Positions 36,038 through 48,890 of a stretch of 64,000 nucleotides of DNA are shown one piece after another. Every line of letters starts with the position of its first letter. Within the stretch, counting starts at the first letter, position 1. The notes under the pieces were generated by a model. The model was not told the DNA's origin. It searched no databases and saw only the letters and a list, made by a program, of their open reading frames with translations. Both the position numbers and the translations under genes were made by a program. Source of the stretch: Eledone cirrhosa (Eukaryota); the NCBI GenBank assembly GCA_964016885.1, contig CAXHJY010000962.1, positions 1-64,000 on the forward strand, given 5' to 3'.

Positions 36038-36222
36038 CCGTTTTAAGTCCGTTCTTCCACGCTAGCATGGGTTAGACGGGTTGTCCTGTTGTAGGCAGTG
36101 TCTGGTCGGCTGACCATGCCTTGCTCATACAGGAACTGATCTGGCTTGATTTCTACAGCTGGATGTCCTTCCCAACTCCAACCTCATTTACAGTGAGTGA
36201 TGGGTGCTTTTTCGTGGCGCCT
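36005..36222 (-). mobile_element. 3' end of a retroposon with (ATG)n tail
   Basis: (CAT)n followed by CGTTTTAAGTCCG..GCATGGGTTAGACGG..GCTGGATG.CCTTCC; microsatellite tails are typical of RTE-type elements. Confidence 0.6.
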
Positions 36223-36234
36223 ACATATATATAT

Positions 36235-36657
36235 ATAGAGGTAGATATATATAGAGAGGTAGATAGCTATATAGATAGGTATATATATACAGAGAGGTAG
36301 ATAGATACAGAGAGGTATATATACAGAAAGGTAGATATATACAGAGAGGTAGATAGCTATATAGATAGGTATATATATACAGAGAGGTAGATATATACAG
36401 AGAGGTAGATAGCTATATAGATAGGTATATATATACAGAGAGGTAGATAGATACAGAGAGGTAGATATATACAGAGAGGTAGATATATACAGAGAGGTAG
36501 ATAGCTATATAGATAGGCAAAGGGAAAAGAAAAACAGATTTTAGGGAAGAGTGAAGGCAGGATACAGTGTTAGGGTGTTAAAGTGGGGACTGATGGTGGG
36601 AGAGAGATTTATAGGGGGAAGTAGACTTATGAAGTAGTGTAGAGAGATAGATAGTGA

Positions 36658-36755
<98 letters not shown>

Positions 36756-36820
36756 TTAGGAGAGAGAGAGACAGAGACAGCGCAAGACAGAGAGATAGAG
36801 ATAGATAGAGAGAGAGACTG
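36235..36820. repeat. AGAGAGGTAGATATATAC-type minisatellite followed by (GA)n
   Basis: Direct. Confidence 0.9.
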
Positions 36821-36877
36821 TATATAGAATAAGAAAATACGAAGTAGTTTCAGATGTTAAAGTCTTTTATTGATAAT

Positions 36878-36952
36878 GCTGTTATACATATTTCAATGAT
36901 GACAGTGGCCACACGATTCTGTGTACCCAGTGCCGTGACCTCATCAGACAGC
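36878..36952 (-). ncRNA. Type I hammerhead ribozyme
   Basis: Minus: GCTGT-CTGATGA-GGTCACGGCACTGGGTACAC..GTGTGGCCACTGTCATCATT-GAAA-TATGTA-TA-ACAGC; perfect stem I. Confidence 0.8.
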
Positions 36953-37069
36953 TTCTTATATAATAAGATTACCTTCCCGAGGTAATCCAGACAGAAACGA
37001 TAAGGGAACGGACAAAGCGTGTGTTCTTGAACCGCCTGCCCGTCCCCTGTATAATTATATATATATGGC

Positions 37070-37450
37070 GGGTAAAATTTCTGAGATCCATGGACGAGTT
37101 CTCTCCAGCGGTCTCTGTCCCTCATTATCGCTGCCATGACCTGCGTCTCCAACAGACCAGTGTCTGTCTTTAGGGCATCAACATACGTTAACCTTGGTCT
37201 TCCTCTTCCAGTGTGTCTATGTAGGGCCTCCCACAGGAGCACTGAGTGCAATGTCAACTCTGGATGTCGGTGAGCATGTCCAGCTAACCTCAGTCTCCTG
37301 TGTGTCACTTTTGAGCTGACTTTAGGGCGGCTCTCATACAGCTCTGGGGTTTTCCTCCTCAGTGTATACTGATTAATGTTCAGAGCCATCCTCAGCATTC
37401 TCGTGTAGCACCCATCCACTATCTGAGTGAGTTTCTTGGTCAGTCTCAGG
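37070..37450 (-). mobile_element. RTE-like LINE 3' ORF fragment
   Basis: DGCYTRMLRMALNI..RRLRLAGHAHRH..LLWE..RGRPRLTYVD..DRDRWRELV. Confidence 0.85.
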
Positions 37451-37933
37451 CTTATATATATATATATATAAAAGAAATAGGATTTCGCTTCAAGCATAGC
37501 TTTATACAATATGTATAAATATTTCGTATTTCCATGGATTAATCCCCTCATTTACACAGACGAGAAAAGTATATATTCTCAGCTGTCTTCTAGTCTTCTA
37601 GTCCAGCAGTAGCAAGCGGTGGGAGGGACCGTCTTGACGATGGCCAGTTAAGCCTGAAATGCATAGACGGTTGTCCCCCTTGCTTCTGCTGGACATCACC
37701 AGAGGGCGTTAGCCCCCAGGTGTTTGCTACGGCTTTCTAAAACTGTATTTCTTTGGAGATACGAAATATTTATACATATATATATAAATATATATATTGC
37801 TCTACCTCCATTTCTTCTTTAAGTTTATCATATTATTTGTGGTATATAAACATTGAGATTTGATTAAATAAATCACTGCCAATACTGGAATTGAACAATC
37901 AAGACCGCAGCGGTATGTCATATAATAAATCAT

Positions 37934-38002
37934 ATATTTTGTCTGATGAGGACGCACTGAAAAAAAAAACACAGTACCTCTGAAATATATATAATAAAGT
38001 AT
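37934..38002 (+). ncRNA. Type I hammerhead ribozyme (family shared with 54446)
   Basis: ATATTTTGT-CTGATGA-GGACGCACTG..CAGTACCTCT-GAAA-TATATA-TA-ATAAAGTAT. Confidence 0.72.
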
Positions 38003-38044
38003 ATATTTTGATTATGAGAATATTTTTCATTTGTTAATATTTTG

Positions 38045-38100
<56 letters not shown>

Positions 38101-38102
<2 letters not shown>

Positions 38103-38345
38103 CCCACTCTACTATCCTAAGTATTGAGTACTCTGGTGCGTTTTGGTCCATCTGGTTCCTTACCACACCTCCTTCCTTATCTAGCTCCTACCTCCGCAGT
38201 AGAGTATTTTCCGACCCTACCACGCCATATCCTGACTTTTCCACCCAGCTTCATGACCCTCACCATGCGAAAACACAATATCGACTTCTTCTCCAAGAAC
38301 ATCCCAGTTCCACCGAGAAAATGTTATCTTCGGATGCTCACGAAT
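38101..38345 (+). mobile_element. Tail of the 12321-type fold-back family continuing into a probable PLE ORF start
   Basis: 38101-38175 matches 12447-12525; downstream MRKHNIDFFSKNIPVPPRKCYLRML resembles PLE N-termini (KNIP.P..Y). Confidence 0.6.
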
Positions 38346-38697
38346 GAATTTTATCATATTTTATCTTATTCTATCTTATCATATCATTTACACTTCTAAT
38401 ATAACTTGCAACTAATTAATCAAATCATTAATTAATTATATAATTAATTTATTAAAATAACCAATACACACATACATATATTTAACATTATCATGTTTAC
38501 ACCTTCGTATGTCTCTATATTTTAACCACTCTCAATAACCACTTTCAATAATCTTAATATGTTTAAATTTCTTCCCACATTTTTACTTATTTTATATTAT
38601 TTTCTATCATCCTCGATGTAATTTGTTTATTTATTTATATTTATTCATGTATTAACATTAATTCATTTATTGTTGTTATCATTATTTTCCCTAGTAA

Positions 38698-38890
38698 GGG
38701 CGGTGGGTTGGCAGTATCGGTAGAGGGTCGGACGCCATGCTTTGACGCATTGGGTAACGGCCCTTGCCATTCTGAGTTCAAATCCCGACGAGGTTAACTT
38801 TGCCTTTCATCCTTACGGGGTAGATAAAATAAAGTACCAGTAATACACTGAAAATTACTGGCCTTGTGCCAAAAGTAGAAACAATTATTT
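38698..38890 (+). mobile_element. tRNA-derived SINE with TSD
   Basis: Full SINE; ATTATTTTCCCT at 38681-38692 and 38884-38895. Confidence 0.9.
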
Positions 38891-39126
38891 TCCCTCTATT
38901 TTTCCTTCTCTCTACCTTTATTTCTCCTTTCTCCTTTTTTCTCTCCTCTTTCTATCCTCCTTTCTCTATGTCTTTTTCGCTATATATATCTCTCTGTTTT
39001 CCTTTCTCCTCTTTCTTTTTCCCTTTTTCTTTCTTTCGTTTATCTATCTCTATTTCTCTCTCTATATGTATTATTAATATTATTAATGATGCTGTAATTT
39101 GAATTTATAAATCCAATGGATATCCT

Positions 39127-39240
39127 AATTGTGTCTGATGATTTCATTAAGCTAACATCGTATGTAAAATTGAGTGGCATTGCTTCGAGTGTTCAGCAAT
39201 TTTTAGACAACTGAATCAGTGAAACAATTGTTAGATAAAT
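39127..39240 (+). ncRNA. Hammerhead-like motif with long stem II insert
   Basis: CTGATGA at 39135 ... GAAA-CAATTG-TT-AGATAAAT; stem I imperfect. Confidence 0.5.
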
Positions 39241-39272
39241 CCCTTTTATGTACTGTTATTATTCACTTTTTC

Positions 39273-39341
<69 letters not shown>

Positions 39342-39597
39342 CAAATGAATACATGAGAGGGATGAACACTGATACAAGTATACATGTGTTCGAATCGTAA
39401 ATGACCAAGTTAGCTAGGTTGAAAAATACTAATTTAAGATAATATGGTTTGCCTGTTTCGATTTAAAGTAATAAATCAATAAAAATAACAAACCTATATT
39501 CGGCAATCGCCGTTGATATCCAGACAGATTCAAAATCTGTTTCGCAACAATTATGAAGTGAAACTCACTATCCCTGTGCTATTCTGGGTGCTCTATA

Positions 39598-42197
39598 GCA
39601 AGAAGCAAAATAGAATGGAGGCCCACCAACTGGGAGAAAAATCTGCAAATGGCTTGCGTAAGCTCATGCAGCGCTCACGTAATGGTGAGATTGCATGCTT
39701 TCCAACAGACAAGTCTGGCAGAATGTCGGTTGACAGTCTGTCAAACTTCATCCAGGCAATGCAACCCCACATAACTAACACTAGAGAAGTAACACCACAA
39801 GTGCATGAGGTTGGGAGAAAACCCACAATGCCCATATGATGATGTGGACAAACATAATGCATCCCAATAAACGGACTGCCAACAACTTCCAGGCCTGGAA
39901 CAATGACGTGCCAGCGTTGTATGTGCTTCCAAAGAACCATAAGACGAACAGTGACCCTGTCAAAGGACAACCAACACGGCCAGTCTGTGGATCTAACATT
40001 GCTAGTAACGACAGACTTTCCTACTTCCTCTCCCTGATCATACGCCCCATCATTGAAATGTCGCCGGATATATGACAGCACGGAGCACCTCCTCAGCAGA
40101 ATCAGCCAAAATAACCGATCTAGGGACCTAACAGACAGTATAATATGTAGTATGGATATAGTCTCCATATAGCCATCCATTGAAGTGGAGAAATGCGTAG
40201 AAATGATCAGTGAGAGTAATGTTGATTACGTGGGATTGATACCAGTGAGCTGGGACTCGTTCTTAAACTTACATATAGTAATGATTATCTAGATACGTAT
40301 GACCTTAGCAACCTCTGCCCCTCAAGGCCAGCAAGAGGCAGACCACCTACCATTACCTCAATGCCCAAGAAAACCCACACAGAAAGATGGAACGGGTGGA
40401 CCAGAGCCATACGTACCCCCAAAAACCATGATGAACTGAAGAAAATGATTGCACATGCGGTGGGGGCCAATGTAAATCTAACCCTTAAGGAACATATGTT
40501 CAAATTTAATGGAAAAACATATGCCCAAGAGGAGGGAGAAGCCATTGGTGTTAGCATTGCAGGTGACATAGCTAACCTATTCATGGTATGGTGGGACAAT
40601 AAACTTAAAGAACAATTAGAAGACAGCAACCTCTTAACCCTGATAATATACTCTCGCTACGTTGATAATATAAACATCGTAGTAAAAACACCCCCACTAG
40701 AAAACAGTCAGGAATTAGAGAAACACACCATGGAAAGCATCCAGCAAATAACTAACTCCATCCACCAGAGTATTAGAGTACTATAGAATACCGAAACAAA
40801 CACTCCAACCATCGATTACCTGTACTAGACACAGAGCACTGGTTAGGAACCATTAATAACAAAAAACAAATCCTCCATTCCCATTATGCCAAACCCATGA
40901 CTTCCAAATATCTGATCCACCGAAACTCAGCTGTTTCGGATCACACTAAAATCAACTGATTGTGGATTTAGTACGGGTGATGAGAAACGTGTCCCGCATG
41001 TGCAACCCCAAAGAACTAGAGAGACACATACAACATTTCATCCACAGTATACAGTTCTCTGGTTACAATCAGAGAGATAAAATCAGAGTATATAGAGGAA
41101 CCGGAACCAAATGGGAAAAGAAAGGAAAATAATGATACAAATGGGACCTGCCCCTTGTATAGGAGCAAATTTTGGAATATAATAGAAAGAACTAGGAATA
41201 AGGTTAATAGAATAAACTCATGGTATGATAGCAATAAATACCAGAGTGTAATGTTCATCAATACAACACCTAGAGGTGAATTAGCTTACACATTTAGAGG
41301 GGCCCTAGATAAACTTAAACTAAATATTAAGATAGTAGAAAGACCAGGTACCTCCATAAAAACTCTTATTAGTAATACATACCCTTTTCAAAGACCTCCC
41401 TGTATAGATAAGAAATGTATAATCTGTAAACTAAGCCCCCATATTAACTGTAAAACTAGAAGCATAGTATATAGCATAAGATGTACTGAAGGACAATGTA
41501 AAGCTACGAATATGTGTACATAGGTGAGGCAGCTCGTAGTATAGGAGAACGATTAAATGAACAATGAGAGAGCTTCAAGATAGAAAAGATTCACCAGTAC
41601 TCCACCAACATGCTATAATAGAACATAAGGGCAAATTAGAGAACATAGAAATGAAAATAAGATCTGCACACGGAAAAGACGCAATGTTTAGACAAATCAC
41701 AGAGGCAATAAACATAAATGAACTCCAACCAAAATTAAATAGAATACATGAATGGAACAGCAACATAACTTACAATTAAGGACAAAATGAAAACACACAC
41801 ACATAGAACAAACAAACCAACCAGTAACATGTAAATAAACAAATAAATAAACAAATAAAAACACACACAGACACCCGGATGTAACACATGCGCAAACTAA
41901 GCACGCAACACACACAAAAACAAGATGGCGTAGGACAGAACAAAAGAGAAGCACAAAACAAAGAGAAGAATCCCCATCTTGACAATATATGAACAACCGT
42001 CCGGTTGTGGAACCAACGAACAAACCGGAAATTTATGAATTCTTAAGTTCATAAATTTAATTCATAATAAATTGGATTGAAAGCCTCTGGTGCGTATGTT
42101 TCTTATTGGCAACATGACCTTCCCAAAGTATAACAATATCGGTTTCATCACACGATTTTAGATAAAGGATTTTGCTAAACAAATTCAGAAACGAAAT
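39598..42197 (+). mobile_element. PLE-A copy 3, most complete (5'-truncated RT, Cys linker, GIY-YIG, pLTR); frameshifted
   Basis: CFPTDKSGR, PTRPVCG, GEAIGVSIAGDIANLFM, YSRYVD, CIDKKCIICK..C, IVYSIRC, RQITEAINI..LNR; ends ...CAGAAACGAAATA next to TA-rich DNA. Confidence 0.93.
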
Positions 42198-42214
42198 ATA
42201 TGTAAATACTGTAT

Positions 42215-42779
42215 AATATATGTATATATATATATATATAATATATGTATATATATATATATATATAATATATGTATATATATATATAATATATGTATAT
42301 ATATATAATATATTTTTATATATATAATATATGTATGTATATATAATATATGTATATATAATATATATATATAATATATGTATATATATATAATATATAT
42401 ATATATATGTATATATATATAATATATGTATATGTATATAATATATGTATATATATATATAATATATGTATATATATATAATATACGTATATATATATAT
42501 ATAATATATGTATATATATATAATATATGTATATATATATAATATATTTATATATATATAATATATGTATATATATATAATATATATATATATAATATAT
42601 TTATATATATATAATATATTTATATATATATAATATATGTATATATATATAATATTTGTATATATATATAATATATATATAATATATATAATATATGTTA
42701 TATATATATAATATATATATAATATATATAATATATGTATATATATATATAATATATGTATATATATATATAATATATG

Positions 42780-42813
<34 letters not shown>

Positions 42814-42892
42814 ATATATGTATATATAATATATATATATACATATATACATATAATATATATATAATATATGTATATATAATATATATATA

Positions 42893-42923
<31 letters not shown>

Positions 42924-43132
42924 AACGGAAAAAATGAAACGAAATTTATATATATATATATGTATATATATATAATATATGTATATATATAAGGTATATA
43001 TATATATGTGTATACATATATATATATAATATGTATAATATGTATATTTATATATATATATATAATATATGCATATATATATATATATAATACATGTATA
43101 TATGTATGTATATATATATATATATATATATT
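42215..43132. repeat. TAATATATG(TA)n compound microsatellite
   Basis: Direct. Confidence 0.95.
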
Positions 43133-43430
43133 TATTAAAATGACAGATTAAAGTTTAAGCAAATAATCGCAGCATTCACCCTTAACGGGATCTTCTGAAA
43201 CTAACAGTTTTTTTTTCTGAAACTAACAGAATTATATATATACATATATCATATATATATATACATATATATATATATGTTAGTTTCAGAAGATTCAGAT
43301 AAGGGTGAAAGCAGCGATTCTTTGCTTAATCTTTAATCTGTTATTTTAATAAATATTTGCTTTACGGTTCTTTTATATTTGATATATATTTATCCTTATC
43401 GAGCCCTCTTTGGATTTTACTCTTCACATT
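43133..43430. mobile_element. Short fold-back element (arms ~43133-43206 / 43279-43353) with tail
   Basis: Inverted arms; another arm copy at 50061-50131; tail repeated at 48522-48560. Confidence 0.65.
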
Positions 43431-43467
43431 TATTATTATTATTATTATATAATATGTGTGTGAGTGT

Positions 43468-43609
43468 GTTCTGAGTTCAAATCCCGCCGAGGTTAACTTT
43501 GCCTTTCATCCTTACGGGGGTCGATAAAATAAAGTACCAGTAATACACTGGGTAATTTGCTGGCCTTGTGCCTACTGTAGAAACAATTATTATTATTATA
43601 TAATAATAT

Positions 43610-43655
<46 letters not shown>

Positions 43656-43818
43656 TTTATAAATACATATATTATATACATATATACATATATTATATAA
43701 GGGCGGTGGATTGGCAGTATCGGTAGAGGCTCGGACGCCATCCTTACGTAGTCGATAAAATAAAGTACCAGTAATGCACTGGGTAATTGCTGGCCTTGTG
43801 CCAAACGTAGAAACAATT
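43468..43818 (+). mobile_element. Two partial tRNA-SINE copies (43468-43590; 43700-43818, internally deleted)
   Basis: SINE core and tail. Confidence 0.85.
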
Positions 43819-43829
43819 CTTCTTCTTAT

Positions 43830-43861
<32 letters not shown>

Positions 43862-44129
43862 CATGTATATCGTGGGAGAGAACGAGAGGGGGAGAGAAAA
43901 ACTTACGAGAACCTGTGAACTTATTGGTGATATAGTAGGAAGGCGAATACGTAGCTTGACTGTATATTATGTGACCTACATTTCTAATTAGCGGTGAGGA
44001 CAACACGGTTTCATTCTCTGCCTAATTATACGTCATTTTACACCTTTTTACCCTCCCCCACCCACGTCTGAGACCTGGAAAGGAAGTAGGACGGATTCAC
44101 TGCCCTTCCCTCCTCGACTAAATAAACAA

Positions 44130-44215
<86 letters not shown>

Positions 44216-44664
44216 AACAAATGTACAAAAAAACAGACAAACAAAGAACAATATAAAAGAGATTAGAATGACAAAGTCATTAGGAATGGTGATAAAGACA
44301 TCAACATCAACAACAACAACAGCAACGAGACATATTTGATAAACTAGAAAATAAGTAATGATGATATTGCAATTAATTAATGTGAAAAGATTATAGCAAA
44401 TATATATCAAAAGAAAAAAAAACGTCTATTATATGCTTTTTTGGTGGCTCTATGATGGCCGATGTTACTAAATATTCCTAATATATAGGTTTGACTGAAC
44501 GTCACGAAGGCTGCGTGTTTGTTACATTGTGAATTACAGTACATTATGGCTATCGATAATTCATTAGTATATCATTGTTAGATGCAATGAAATACATATA
44601 GCTAGAAATCAAATCTATTTCCTACACGAGACATCGATTGAGATTCTATGTGGTCATATCTCAC

Positions 44665-44854
44665 CTAAGTTGATATCTCTGATCGAACCAAGGAAGCATT
44701 GATATGCAAGATATCTCGTACTATAAATAATGATTGTATTTCCAAAATATGGCCTGGTACAGAACAATTTCTGTTTTGCGTATTTAAAGACATATCTATT
44801 TTGGTTAGGGAAAATCTGTTCTGGGAAGAACACTGCACCTTCCGCCAGGAGTTC
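44665..44854 (-). other. Candidate 190-bp exon of an unidentified gene
   Basis: Minus: ttcttgccgtag| ELLAEGAVFFPEQIFPNQNRYVFKYAKQKLFCTRPYFGNTIIIYSTRYLAYQCFLGSIRDINL G|gtgaga, open throughout; the antisense frame is also open. Confidence 0.25.
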
Positions 44855-44881
44855 CTACGGCAAGAAGTATAATAGCAATTG

Positions 44882-44944
<63 letters not shown>

Positions 44945-45367
44945 AATAAAATGCTGTAGTTTACTGGAAGCATTGTATATTATATATAATGGGGAAAGAG
45001 ATAGAAGGCTAAACAATGCAAAATGGATGAAAAGAGGAGGTAAAGAAAAAGTAAGTTACCTTGTAACCTTTTCTTTTTTTTGCTGTTGTTTTTTTCGTCC
45101 TAATATTTCGGGACTTAAAATTCCCTTCTTCAGAGTATAAGGATCTTTCAGAGAATAGTCTTCCGGTTTCTTCTCTTTCTGATAAAATTTAGATTTATAC
45201 AATGGAAATACAGTGGTGGTATAAAATCTAAGTAATTATACCAGTTAGTATTAAGTTATACATGGCCTGGGCCAATACTGGTCGAAAACCTTCAAAGTTA
45301 TCAAAGCTATACAAACTGTATCAAAGATTATATAAATTGCTAAACACTTTCGCTAATTACTGTAACG

Positions 45368-45702
45368 ATCGCAAACGACCGAAATGGGTTTCCGCCGGAG
45401 GGCCTTTTGAATAACGTTACGTGATAGAGTGCCTAGGTCGGTCGGAGATGAGAGAGTCACTCCAGGTCGAGCCACTGTTTCTACGGATTGAGAGATCACA
45501 GCTCCGATAATACGGGCATGTGGTCAGAACCTCAAAAGAAAGAAACGCTGTACAGATTTGGTTGGAGCTCGGCTGCTTTCGATTGAGGATCCAGTCAAAT
45601 CAATTAGAGATGCTTGCTTCTGACAGGGCCTGCTGGAAATACAAGACCCTCCAAAGAATAAGTGGGCGAAGAAGAAGAAGAAGAAGAAGAAGAAGAAGAA
45701 GA
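45368..45702 (+). mobile_element. RTE LINE 3' fragment with (GAA)n tail
   Basis: EMGFRRR..ITLRDRV..SEMRESLQVEPLFLRIERSQLR*YGHVVR; (GAA)n tail; same family as 6513. Confidence 0.85.
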
Positions 45703-46037
45703 AATACTAGGTCGGAATACAAAAGAACCAAACTCCCAGTCACTGCCTCCGTATTTCCCGCTCTCCTCATCTCTCACTATTATCTTGGTTTCCTTTTATA
45801 GGGTCTAGCGGCTTGATTCTAGCATATTGCAAGCTTTCTGGTCAGTTTTCTTCTACCAATTCCGTCACCCAATTACACTGCAGGTCACCATGGTTGTCCG
45901 ACAGAATGAGGTCATCCTGTTCTTCAAACTATTTGTAATACATTTCTAAATACTGTATAATGAAGACACAAGGTTTATTAAACGGAAAAGGAAAATTGAT
46001 CGAGTAGCCCTTGTATGTATATGTATGTATATATATA

Positions 46038-47730
46038 TGAAGCTCTACCAGAGTCGCAATCGGGCTTTCGGGCTGGGCGTGGCACTGTGATCTTTACAGC
46101 CAGACAATTGCAGGAAAAGTGTGTTGAGCAGAATGAGGATCTCTACCAGGTGTTTGTTGATCTGACAAAGGTGTTTGACGGTCAACAGAAAGGCTTTATG
46201 GGATATCTTGAGGAAGCTGGGGTGCCCTGAGAAGTTTGTTTCCATTTTGCGTTTGTTTCATGATGACATAAAGGCATGGGTAAATGTTGGTGGAAAGCTC
46301 TCTGAGCCGGTGACGGTCGAGAATGGAGTCAAACAGGGTGACATCTCAGCTCCAACGCTCTTTGCTTTGTATTTCTCCATTGTCTTCGAACAGGCCTTCG
46401 GGAACTGCAATCACGGTATATATGTTCGCTATCGATCAACTGGAAAGCTATTTAAAGTCAGGAGGTTCAATGCTAAATCAAAGGTTCACTTGTCACTAAT
46501 CAGGGATTTGATTTATGCAGATGACTGAGACCTGGTAGCGCACACGGAGATTGATATGCAGCATCTCTTGGATGCATTTTCTAATGCGTGCACTGCATTG
46601 GGATTTACCATAAGCCTGAATAAGACAGTAGCCATGTACCAACCAGCCCCTGGGAAGCCATGTTGTGAGCCCAACATCTTGGTTTATGGTGAAAGGCTAA
46701 GGTTTGTATATCTTGGAAGCACTCTGAGTATGTCATGCGATCTTGATGGGGTAATATCAAACACGATACAGAAAGCCAGTGATGCTTTTGGAAAACTGAA
46801 CAAGCGTCTCTGGTCTCAACACGGAATTTCGGTAAAGACAAAGCTCAAAGTGTATCTTGCGTGTGTGCTCGCGGCACTTCTTTATGCTTGTGAGACGTGG
46901 GTGGTCTACCGTAGACAGATGAAGCGACTTGAGAGGTTCCACTAGTACTGCTTACGTCGGATCCTCGGCATAACTTGGCAAATGTTTGTCAGTGACGTCG
47001 AGCTTCTGGACGGAAGTGGCTGTGATAGTGTCCAGTCCTTGATTTTGAAACATCAGCTGCGCTGGACAGGCCATCTTGTAAGGATGAATGACAAGCGAAT
47101 GCCGAAGCAGCTGCTTTATGGCGAGCTCCAAATGGGAAAAAGGAACGCGAGAAACCTAAGATGCGTTTTAAGGACTGCATCAAGGGGGCGCTCAAGAAAA
47201 GTAACATCTCTTGTGAGCACTGGGAAGCATGCGCAGTAGCGACCGATCGCATTGGAGGAAAGCAGTGGCTAGTGGCAAGAGTCTAATTGAGGAAACAAGA
47301 GGAAGGCACGTGACACTAAAAAGAGATGTCCCGAAAGGAATCCATGTTGGCCTTCCCGAAGGAACTGACAGACGGCCTGACCTGACATGTGAGACCTGTA
47401 ATAGGGTTTGTCTGAGCATGGCAGGTCTAAAGAGTCACCAGAGAGTGCACAAGAACAGGGAAGCAGGCACCTGTGAAGCTATAAGTGTTCATCAGACGAC
47501 GACATGTGATGTTTGTGGAAGGGTATGCAGGTCGAGTAGTGATCTCACACGACACCTTGGGTCACATGGTACCAAGGGCCCAGCACTAGGTGTCAATAAT
47601 TGTCACAAGTGTCGTGTTTGTACCAAAGATTTCAAGTCGCTGGCTGGAGTAAAAAGCCACACTCGTTCAGCGCATAGGTAGGGGTTCTCTTAAATGGATA
47701 TAAAGTAGTGGCTGTACTCGAAAACGAGTT
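46038..47730 (+). mobile_element. RTE (BovB-like) LINE, 5'-truncated RT pseudogene with C-terminal C2H2 fingers
   Basis: [57 protein letters not shown], three CxxC..H...H motifs. Confidence 0.93.
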
Positions 47731-48204
47731 GTATGTATATATATATATGCATACCCATATGTATGTCTGTATGTATGTATATATGGGTGTATATATGTTT
47801 GTATGTATATATGGGTGCATGTATCTATGTATATATGTATGTTTGTATGTATGTATTTATGCATGTATGTATGTTTGTATGTATGTATGTATGCATGTAT
47901 GTGTGCATATTTATTTTCAAAATTCATTTTCAATATTTAAAAGTTATCTTTTGAGACGAAGCCATGTTAAATAAATCTGTCTAATTTAAACACCAGCTAG
48001 ATATTTAGAGGAAGACGGAGGCTACTAATATCGACCCCCAGTACTTTACTGGTTCACTCATTTATAGAGTCCTGACAACAAAAACATAAGTTGACCTCGG
48101 CTGAACACGACCTCAGAAGATAGTAAAACATGAACCGATTCTCCTAATCCGCCACACTTTATATTAAACAAATATTTGATACTACATTTGGCAGAAGGAC
48201 AGCA

Positions 48205-48390
48205 ATTTGACCCCAGTATTTTACTGGCACTATATGTACATTACTGGTGCTTTATTTTATCGACTCCTTAAGGATGAAAGTGAAACTTAACCTCGGTGGG
48301 ATTTGAACTCAGAACGTAAATGGCCGTAACTCTATGCCACAAAGCATGTTGTGCGATATTCTACTGACACTGCCAATCCACAGCCTTGTA
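48205..48390 (-). mobile_element. tRNA-derived SINE, diverged (further fragment at 48020-48120)
   Basis: SINE core on minus. Confidence 0.75.
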
Positions 48391-48639
48391 CTATACCCAT
48401 AATAACGCGATATTCCTCAGTATGGATTTGAAATTGTGTCTCATGCATAGTTCTAGTTGACAGTTTGTTTTAACTAATACTAGCAGAATGGCCCGGCGTT
48501 GCTCGGGATTTGCTATAGGGCTCTTCTATATTTGATATATATTTATCCTTATCGAGCCTCGTGAAATAGATACTTTTATTTATATTTTGTTATTGTGTAT
48601 GCAAAAATATCTGTAACGAACATATATATATATATATTT

Positions 48640-48861
48640 GCTTATAGTGGTAGTACACTGGAAGGTAATATCCGTAATGGTAGAGCACTCAGTCCCTGGG
48701 ACGAGTTGGGTAGAAGTGGTTACACAACAGTTAGTTCTCCATACCGAGAACAATTGTTTCACCTTGGCGGATCCTCAGCTCGGAAGATCCGAGCTGAGGG
48801 CCCGCTAAGGTGAAACAATTGTTCTCAGTATGGTGAACTAACTGTTGTGTAACCACTTCTA
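48640..48861. mobile_element. Palindromic fold-back (48711-48861) with tail, containing an HHR 3' half
   Basis: ~150-bp palindrome centred at CGGAAGATCCG; GAAA-CAATTG-TT on both strands. Confidence 0.8.
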
Positions 48862-48890
48862 TATATATATATATATATATGAAAATCTAC

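Noticed and set aside
39598-41779. Intact or selenocysteine-recoded PLE ORF
   Set aside because: Multiple frameshifts and varied stops differ between copies, consistent with neutral decay; no conserved in-frame TGA was noticed.
43279-43325. HHR-like CAGAAGA...GAAAGCAGCG in the 43133 family
   Set aside because: Core deviates (CAGA), and neither stem III nor stem I closes convincingly; not called as a ribozyme.
45095-45140. Minus-strand CTGAAGA-AGGGA..TCCC-GAAA-TAT-TA
   Set aside because: Core and stem II are present but stem I pairing is weak; possibly a degenerate HHR, not counted.
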